Below, piece by piece: positions 55,222-64,000 of a DNA stretch of 64,000 nt. Source of the stretch: Octopus sinensis (Eukaryota). Location: positions 1-64,000 of the forward strand of contig NW_021836296.1 in assembly GCF_006345805.1 (NCBI RefSeq), given 5' to 3'. Under the pieces are notes generated by a model. It saw only the letters and a list, made by a program, of their open reading frames with translations, searched no databases and had not been told where the DNA came from. The first letter of the stretch is position 1. Each line of letters opens with the position of its first letter. The translations under genes were made by a program, and so were the position numbers.

Positions 55222-55620
55222 ATAGGAGTGGCTGTGTGGTAACTAGCTTGCTTAGGAACCACATGGTTCCGGGTTCAGTCTCACTGTGTGGCACCATGGG
55301 CAAGTGTCTTCTACTATAGCCTCGGGTCGACCAAAGCCTTGTGAGTGGATTTGGTAGACAGAAACTGAAAGAAGCCCGTCGTATATATGTATATATATAT
55401 ATGTATGTATATGTTTGTTTGTCTGTGTTTGTCCCCCCAACATCGCTTGACAACCGATGCTGGTGTGTTTACGTCCTCGTCACCAAGCGGTTCGGCAAAA
55501 GAGACCGATAGGATAAGTACTGGGCTTACAAAGAATAAGCCCTGGGGTCGATTTGCTCGACTAAAGGCGGTGCTCCAGCATGGCCAGTCAAATGACTGAA
55601 ACAAATAAAAGAGTAAAAGA
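55222..55620 (+). mobile_element. Full-length SINE family K
   Basis: Homology to 6078-6483. Confidence 0.85.
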
Positions 55621-55784
55621 GTAAATTATAAAATTTTTTTTTAAACTACCGTATAGTATTGTTTCTACTTAGTGGATTTTCACCTATGGTGGTGGTTCGG
55701 TGGTGGTGGTGGTGGGGTGGAACGTAACACCCGCGATAGTCGAGAGATTACTGTATAGCAGAAAAGGGCGCTAGAGAATGGTAA

Positions 55785-56060
55785 AGTGGTCATACTCTGT
55801 TGATATGTCAATACACACAGACAGACAGATCAGGTTTGGTGAACCAAATATTAGCCACGAAGACCACCAAGAAAGAAGATACATTTTAATCGAAGAATCA
55901 GTGCCAACCAAACGAGAACGTATCTCTTAAAGAAATGGGGAAGTAATCTAAAAATAAACATCTGGAAATAGAGATAAGCCACGTGTGGTGCCTGAAAACT
56001 GAAACAATCTCTATAATAAAGATAATAATGGGGCCCCAGGGACTGATTACGAAAACATGC
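55785..56060 (+). mobile_element. R4/Dong-type non-LTR element, restriction-like endonuclease domain relic
   Basis: Broken frames IHTDRQI…PNI/DHQERRYILIEESVP/ENVSLKEMGK*SKNKHLEIEISHVWCLKTETI (PD…D…K…KY..L pattern). Confidence 0.75.
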
Positions 56061-56217
56061 AGAAAAAAATGCACGACCCAAAGTCCCACGATTTAACAAA
56101 TATGCATGACATAGAGGGGAAAATGTTACAGCGAGGCAAACGGGAGAAAATATTACAGGGGAGGAGTGTCAGTAAATGTACAGCATAATAATGATGATGA
56201 TAATAATAATGATGATG

Positions 56218-56282
<65 letters not shown>

Positions 56283-56431
56283 AAGACGACGACGAAGAAG
56301 AAGAAGAAGAAGAAGAGAAGACGAAAGAAGAAGCAGAAGACAGACGAAAGAAGAAGAAGAAGAAGAAAGAAGAAGAAGACGACGACGAAGAAGAAGAAGA
56401 AGAAGAAGAGAAGAAGAAGAAGAAGAAAAAG

Positions 56432-56560
56432 AATAGGAGTGGCTGTGTGGTAAGTAGCTTGCTTACCAACCACATGGTTACGGGTTCTTCTACTAATAGC
56501 TTCGGGCCGACCAAAGCCTTGTGAGAGGGTTTGGTAGACGGAAACTGAAAGAAGCCCGTC

Positions 56561-56608
<48 letters not shown>

Positions 56609-56806
56609 TTGTGTGTGTGTTCTGTGTCTGTGTTTATTCCCCCAACATCGCATGACAACCGATGCTGGTGTGTTTACGTCTCCGTCACTTAGCGGTTCGG
56701 CAAAAGACACCGATAGAATATGTGCCAGGTTTACAAAGAATAAGTTCTGGGGGTCGAGTTCATCGACTAAAGGCGCAGTCACATGACTAAGACAAGTAAA
56801 AGAGAA
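56432..56806 (+). mobile_element. SINE family K with internal deletions
   Basis: Homology to 55222-55620. Confidence 0.8.
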
Positions 56807-56814
56807 AAGGATAA

Positions 56815-56853
<39 letters not shown>

Positions 56854-57154
56854 CCTTTCTACTATAGGCACAAGAGGCCTGAAATTTTGAGGTGACAAGA
56901 TAAGTCGATTATATCGGTCCCCAGTTTTTCAATGGTACTTAATTTATCGACCCGCGAAAGGATCAAAGACAAAGTCGACCGCGGCGGCAATTGAACCCAG
57001 AACGTAGCCGCAGACGATATACCGCCAAGCATTTCGCCCGGCGTGCTAACGATTCCGCCAGCTCGCCGCCTTATCATCATTATCATTATTACTATTATCA
57101 TTATTTATTATTATTATTACTATTATCATTATTTGTTATTATCATTATTTATTA

Positions 57155-57217
<63 letters not shown>

Positions 57218-57218
<1 letters not shown>

Positions 57219-57535
57219 AGGCGGTGAGCTGGCAGAAACGTTAGCAACGCCGGGCGAAATGCGTAGCCGTGGACGTGTACCAGTTACGCACTGGGATCTG
57301 TCCTTGTTTGTCCTCTCTGTGTTCAGCCCCTTGTGGGTAGTAAAGAAATACGTATTTCGTCTGCCGTTACGTTCTGAGTTCAAATTCCGCCGAGGTCGAC
57401 TTTCCCTTTCATCCTTTCGGGGTCGATTAAATAAGTACCAGTTACACACTGGGGTCGATATAATCGACCTAATCCGTTTGTCTGTCCTTGTTTGTCCCCT
57501 CTGTGTTTAGCCCCTCGTGGGTAGTAAAGAAACAA
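57218..57535 (+). mobile_element. SINE family E, rearranged dimer
   Basis: Head, partial linker, core, linker. Confidence 0.75.
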
Positions 57536-57597
<62 letters not shown>

Positions 57598-57755
57598 CAT
57601 TCAGTAGTTTTATTTTTTATAGCGTGCTTTCACTTCACTACCGAGCGCAGCTCTATGTGCCTTGGGTATGTGCTGTGATTTGTTGTGATGCCTGATGGTA
57701 ATTGTATGGAAAGTGTTCTGCGTAGGATGTGTGCAGTACCTAGTAGTGCAATTTT
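57598..57755 (-). mobile_element. 5'-truncated R4/Dong-type LINE 3' end in (TTA)n
   Basis: Minus strand KIALLGTAHILRRTLSIQ, then a 3' UTR and (AAT)n; (TTA)n on both sides. Confidence 0.8.
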
Positions 57756-57775
57756 ATTATTATTATTATTATTAC

Positions 57776-57819
<44 letters not shown>

Positions 57820-58068
57820 TATTATGATATATTATTATTATTATTACTATTATTATTTTCTTATCTTTGTTGTTTATTTATTTATTAATTTATTTATTTA
57901 TTAATCTATTTGTTTATTTGAATAATGATTAAAAGTGGAGATGATAAATCAAAAAGAAAGTAAGTTTACGACTGACAGATGCAATACTCTGACACTTTCA
58001 TATATAAAACACACCAGATGTTGTTGAACCATAATAACAACGAAAAGCTGCCGCCTTTAACTGTCGTG

Positions 58069-58116
<48 letters not shown>

Positions 58117-58429
58117 TGATACCAAACTGCTGCTGCTGTTGCCCCTGCTGCTTCTGCTGCTGTCGCTGTGACTGCTATTGATACCGTGATAGCTAAATAT
58201 TTGGCCTTCATTTTTTCCTCGTGTTAGTGCAGTCTATTGTTGTTGCATGTATTTCTAGCTGCGGCCATGATTGGTTGTCATTACTACTACTGCTGCTGAT
58301 GCTGATGTTGCTGATGTTGCTGCTGCTGTGTTGGTGGTGGTGGTTTTCCTGCTGTATTTTTTTGCAGCAGCTGCTGCTGTTGCTGTGGGTGGTCGTGGTG
58401 GTTTCCGGTTTTTGTTACGACCGCTGCTG

Positions 58430-58531
58430 CTGTTGATGACGATGATGATGATGATGATGGTGTTGGTGGTGGTGGTGGTGATGATGATGATGGTGGTGAT
58501 GATGATGGTGATGATGATGATGATGATGATG

Positions 58532-58562
<31 letters not shown>

Positions 58563-58574
58563 TGGTGGTGATGG

Positions 58575-58624
<50 letters not shown>

Positions 58625-58691
58625 TTGATGATGATGATGATGATGATGATGTTGATGATGATGATGATGATGATGATGGTGGTGGTGATGG

Positions 58692-58722
<31 letters not shown>

Positions 58723-58757
58723 GATGGTGATGGTGATGATGATGATGATGGTGATGG

Positions 58758-58801
<44 letters not shown>

Positions 58802-58817
58802 GTGATGATGAGGATGA

Positions 58818-58851
<34 letters not shown>

Positions 58852-58890
58852 GGTGGTGATGATGATGATGATGATGATGGTGATGATGTT
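58430..58890. repeat. (GAT)n/(GGT)n tract
   Basis: Direct reading. Confidence 0.95.
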
Positions 58891-59059
58891 ACGGCTTGTT
58901 GTTTTTGCTACTGGTTCATATGCAACTGTGAGCAGTTGTTATTGGTGTTCCTGAGTGTTGCTGTTGCTGCTGCTGTTGTTTGTTTCCGCTGCCGCCTTTG
59001 CTGCTGCTGCTGTGCCTGCTATTGGTTGTGGTTCCTCGTTGTTACAACCGGTGCTATTG

Positions 59060-59400
59060 TGCTGCTGCCGATGTTCTTGTGATGCTGCTGTTCTTCTTGT
59101 GATGCTGCTGCGTTCTTGTGCTGCTGCGCTCTTGTGCTGCTGCGCTTTTGTGCTGCTGCCTTTGTCCTCGTGATGCTGCTGCGTTCTTGTGATGCTGCTG
59201 TTGTTCCTGTGATGCTGCTGTGCTCTTGTGCTGCTGCCGTCGCTTGTGTGCTGCTGCCGTTGTCCTTGTAATGCTGCTGCGTTCTTGTGCTGCTCTTCTT
59301 GTAATGCTGCAGTTGTTATTGTGCTGCTGCCGTTGATCTTGTGATGCTGCTACGTTCTTGCGATGCTGCTGTTGTTCATGTGATGCTGCTGTTATACTGC
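59060..59400. repeat. Minisatellite of about 17-21 nt (ttcttgtgatgctgctg variants)
   Basis: Direct reading. Confidence 0.8.
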
Positions 59401-59630
59401 TGTGGATTTTGAGCTGCTGTTGTCGTTATGCTGCTGTTGCTCCTTATCATTTACTGCCTCCGTTGTAAGTTTCTCTGCTGCTGATTGCAACTGTAGTTGT
59501 TGTTGCTACCGTTGCTACTGATGGTTTTAGTGCTGCTGAAACTCCTGCCTTTAGCTCCTGCTCTTGTAGTTGCTTATAGTACTCAATGCTGCTGTTGCAC
59601 TCTACTACTGTTGCTGGCTGCTGTTGCTGT

Positions 59631-59999
59631 GAGCGAAGCGGTCTTCGTTCCAGAGCTCGCAAGATGGGAGAGGTCCGAAACGTGGTCCTTTGCTATTCGT
59701 AAGACCCGCAGAAGAGAGAGCGGGTCAACCCCAGACACCGAGAGCATCGGCGGATGGATGAATGCGCATCCAGGCTCAGCGCTGGCGTAGGAAGTCGTGG
59801 ACAAGAAACAGGAAGAGAGAGTGAGAGAAAGTTGGAGCGAAAGAGTACAACAGGGGTCGCCACCACCCCCTGCCGGAGCCTCGTGGAGCTTTAGGTGTTT
59901 TCACTCAATAAACACACACAACATCTGGTCTGGGAATCGAAACCACGATCCTCCGACCGCGAGTTCGCTGCCCTAACCATTGGGCCACTGCGCCTCCAC
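59631..59999 (-). mobile_element. SINE family A head/core with GC-rich tail 3, copy 1
   Basis: Head/core matches 674-1060; about 170 bp of different 3' sequence. Confidence 0.85.
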
Positions 60000-60017
60000 G
60001 CTGATACTGTTGCTGTT

Positions 60018-60374
60018 GAGCGAAGCGGTCTTCGTCGCAGAGCTCGCAAGGCGGCAGACGTCCGAAACGTGGTCCTTTGTTATTCGTAAGACCCGCAGAA
60101 GAGAAAGCAGGTCAACCTCCGACACCGAGAGCATCGGCGGATGGATGAATGCGCATCCAGGCTCAGCGGTTGCGGAGGAAGTCGGGGACAAGAAACAGGA
60201 AGAAAGAGTGAAAGAAAGTTGGAACGAAAGAGTACAACAGGGGTCGCCACCACCCCCTGCTGGAGCCTCGTGGAGCTTTAGGTGTTTTTCGCTCAATAAA
60301 CAAACACAACGCCCCGGTCTGGGAATCGAAACCGCGAGTCCGCTGCCCTAACCACTAGGCCATTGCGCCTCCAC
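60018..60374 (-). mobile_element. SINE family A head/core with tail 3, copy 2 (tandem)
   Basis: 387 bp from copy 1; 14-nt deletion in the head between ccgcga repeats. Confidence 0.85.
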
Positions 60375-60775
60375 TGCTGCTGCTGTAGTCGGCCACGGTT
60401 CTTGCTTGTCGCTGCTGCAGCCGTTGTTGCTGCAGTTCCTTGCAATTCTTCATTGCAACAGCTGCTGCAGTTGCTGCTGTTACTACTTCTGTTGTTATTG
60501 CTGCTGTGGTTGTTGTTGACGCTGCTGTTGTCATTTGTACTCAGGTTTGCTATGTTTAAGCAAAACTGTTTACAAAAACCGATCCAACCGTGGCCATCTG
60601 TCTAAGTGTTAACTTATTTAGTCTGGTCCTTCTTGTTTTAAGACAGTAGTGCGAGAGTTAAGAGGACCTGGTTGCTATTTCTAGCGACGCAAGGAACCAT
60701 GCAGATTATCCAGTTGCTATTGTGGCTGTTGCTACCCCCGCCTGCTGTTCTTGTTGATGTTGTTGTTGTTGTGGG

Positions 60776-60815
<40 letters not shown>

Positions 60816-60969
60816 GGTGGTGGGGTGGTGGTGGTGGTGGTGGTGGTGGTGGTGGTGGTGGTGGGGTGGTGGTGGTTGTGGTGGTGGTTGTGGTGGTGGT
60901 TGTAGATATTGCTGCAGCTAATGCTGTTGGTTGTATAATGCTGGCTGCTGTTATTACTACTACTACTAT

Positions 60970-61020
<51 letters not shown>

Positions 61021-61187
61021 AATTCGTGCAGTCACTCTGCACTGTTTGCTGCTAGTCACGGTGCAGTACTTGCTAAGCTGATACAAAACATTATTGGTAC
61101 AGTTGCAGCCGTGTGTGTATCGGCAGCAGCTGCAGTTGCTGTATTATTATTATTATTATTATTATTGTTGTTGTTGTTTTGTTGTTG

Positions 61188-61238
<51 letters not shown>

Positions 61239-61452
61239 CAAGGCGGTGAGTTGGCGGAATCGTTAACACGCTGGACAAAATGCTTGATGGTATTTTGCCC
61301 GTCGCTACGTTCCGAGTTCAAATTGCGCCGAGGTCGACTGTAACTTTTATATTTTGGGGTCGATGAATTAAGGACCAGTTGAGTATTGGTGTCGATGTAA
61401 TTGACTACACCCCTCCCCTAAATTTCTGGCCTTGTGCCTTTAACAGAAAGGA

Positions 61453-61484
<32 letters not shown>

Positions 61485-61505
61485 GTTATTATTATTATTA
61501 TTATA

Positions 61506-61548
<43 letters not shown>

Positions 61549-62316
61549 TTCTGTTAAAGCTGTCAGCTGGCAGAATCAAATTCTGCTGAGGTCGACTTTG
61601 CTTTTCATCTTTTCACATCCGACGAAATAAATACCAGCTGAGTACTGGGGCGGGGATGCAATCAACTAGACCGACTCCTATAAAAAAAAATTCATGGTAT
61701 GTACTTGTATCTTTCATCTCTTCCTTGTTTCAGTCATCAGACTGCGGCCATGCTGGAGCAACCTCTTGAAGAAGTTTTAGTCGAAGAAATCGACCCCAGA
61801 AGTTATTTTCTTTAAGCTTTGGTTCTTGTTTAATCGATCTTATTTGCCGAAGCGATAAGTTACGAGGCCGTAAATATATCAACACCGGTTGTTAAGTGGT
61901 GTGGCGGGGATAGTGACAAACACTGACACAAACACACACACACACACACACACAACACACACACACACACTCACACACATTTATGGATATATAGAAAGAA
62001 TTATCATTGTTGTTGTTGTTGTTTGAATGCTTGTAATTAGCATTAATTCTGGGCGAGGACAGCATTACCTGCCCTTTGTTCACCTCAGTGAATCACCGGT
62101 ACCTCTTAGTATCAAACGGCAGTCGAGAGGCGAATGGATAAGAAGAACATCATAAAAACAAACACATATCTAATTTTGTCACTCTCTTTGGTGCAAATAC
62201 GATTGTTCAATTGTTAAGAAGCTTCTTTCGCAAGCACCAAGTTTTCATTCTTTACACAGCAATTGATGTGGAGATAGTAAAGTTAAACAGGTTATTATAG
62301 TGCCTATGTAGCTATT

Positions 62317-62650
62317 GAGACCCCTTTGGTCATGACTGACCGTGGGATTGCACCTAAAAAGTTACCCTCCCAGGCAAAAGTCCGAGCAAGGTTGTTTCAT
62401 CGAAGACCAGCAGTCGCCCATGAATACCGGCCCCCCTTCTCCACGCCACCAGTGTTTTCCAAAGGAAAGGCAAAGGCCGATACAGCTTGTCACCAGTGAC
62501 ATCACAACTCATTTTTACAGCTGAGTGAACTAGAGTAAAGTGAAATAAAGTGCCTTGCTCAAGAACACAACAGGCAGCCCGGTCCGGAATTCGAACTCAC
62601 AACCTCACGATCGTAAGCTCGACGCTCTAACCACTGAGCCACGCGCCTTA
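62317..62650 (-). mobile_element. SINE family D with tail 4
   Basis: tRNA-like head at 62570-62650, core and tail. Confidence 0.8.
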
Positions 62651-63005
62651 TTATTTATCTTTCTATTTAGCAATCTGGTTGAAACCGGTACAGACTGTGC
62701 CTGTACTGGGAAAACTTTCAAGAAGGATGTTGTATCTGGGAGTTTTTTTATCCTATTTGCCGCACTAAGTATAACCTATTATTTGACCAATACTATATAT
62801 TTTTTTTTAATTTCAGCTCAGAGCTGCGGCCAAGCTGATGCACCACCGTTAATATGTTTAATTTCTGGCTAATCTTCACAGGATAATGCTTGATATTACC
62901 TACCTACGAAGACAACTGAATAGCAGACACTATTGCAAACAAAGGTGAGAAGAGAATAACAAACACAGACACACAACATGTGTGTGTGTGTGAGTGTGTG
63001 TGTGT

Positions 63006-63258
63006 GTGAAGGTGCGCGGCTCAGTGGTTATGGCGTCGAGCTTACGATCGTAAGGTTATGAGTTCAATTCCCGGAAAGGGCTACGTGTTGTGTTCTTGAG
63101 CAAGACACTTTATTTCACGTTGCTCCAGTTCACTCAGCTGTAGAAATGAGTTGCGACGTCACTGGTCCCAAGCTGTATCGGCCCCTTTGCCTTTCCCTTG
63201 GATAACATCAGTGCCATGGAGAGGTGAGGCTGGTTGCATGGGCGACTGCTGGTCTTCT
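63006..63258 (+). mobile_element. SINE family D with tail 4, 3'-truncated
   Basis: Inverted homolog of 62400-62650. Confidence 0.8.
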
Positions 63259-63367
63259 ACACGCACACACACACACACACATACACACACACATATGCAG
63301 ACAGGTAGAGACATAGATAGAGAGATAGGGAGAGTGGGGAGAGAGAAAGAGAGAGAGACTTAGCTAA

Positions 63368-63462
<95 letters not shown>

Positions 63463-64000
63463 CGACGGGATTCTACAAAGTTTCCATCTACCGAAATCCC
63501 TCACAAGGCATCGGTCGGCCCGGGGCTATCATAGAGGACACCTGCTCAATTTTCCACACTTTGCAAACGAACCCGAGACCAAGTGATTGCGAAGCGACCT
63601 TATTTACCACACAGCTTTGCCATCGTCCTATATAATTCATATAAAATGTTTTTACAGATGTGACCTTCTTTTGCTCCAGTTTTTTTTTTTTTTTACCATT
63701 TCCAAACAGACCCACAACGACATTCCTCAACTGCCGTAATATTTTTGGCACCATAGCTAGGTCGGTTGTCATTTGGAAATTCTTCAGTTCTTCGGTTCTT
63801 CAGCTTTTTCCAGCTCGTTACGTAGTGGAAGGAGTAATTTAATGCTGTAGGTTGTTGGCATATTATTTTGTAATTAACAAGTTAGCTTCGTTAGCTCAGA
63901 GTCAATCTTGAAGAGCAAGGAAGCCTTGAGTGTATAAACAGTGACTTCTTTCGTTTTGTGACGCCTCCTCGCTTGTTGTTTAGTAGCAGGTGTCATCTGA

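Noticed and set aside
59742-59770. SIGGWMNAH in SINE tail 3 matches SIGGWINAH of the Penelope fragment (about 580-610)
   Set aside because: Only 9 residues, antisense to the SINE, flanks unrelated, and the PLE residues involved look decayed relative to the usual R..EH motif; treated as coincidence.
63690-63880. Minus-strand open frame (…EFPNDNRPSYGAKNITAVEECRCG…)
   Set aside because: Short, unrecognised, weak donor site.

Overview
Eukaryotic, extremely repeat-rich intergenic or intronic DNA. The tRNA-headed SINE families and very long (TA)n/(TACA)n/(GGT)n/(AAT)n tracts look like an octopod cephalopod (Octopus); this is recognition from memory, not a database result. I find no recognisable host protein-coding gene: nearly all ORF-track entries are microsatellite or SINE translations. 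The window holds decayed mobile elements: a Penelope-like element split by a SINE with an 11-bp TSD, three mariner relics, two non-autonomous Helitrons with TC...hairpin-CTAG ends, an L1/Tx1-type 3' end, CR1/L2-type and R4/Dong-type LINE pieces, and several SINE families that swap tails or multimerise. The best unexpected signal is a set of four clear and one degenerate minimal type I hammerhead ribozyme motifs with unrelated flanks. Each has a different (near-)palindromic stem III. One is a U3:A8 core variant. One sits in a 158-bp spacerless palindrome (48182-48339) that encodes a hammerhead on each strand. SINE and microsatellite boundaries are approximate; hammerhead, TSD, Helitron and palindrome coordinates were indexed by hand.
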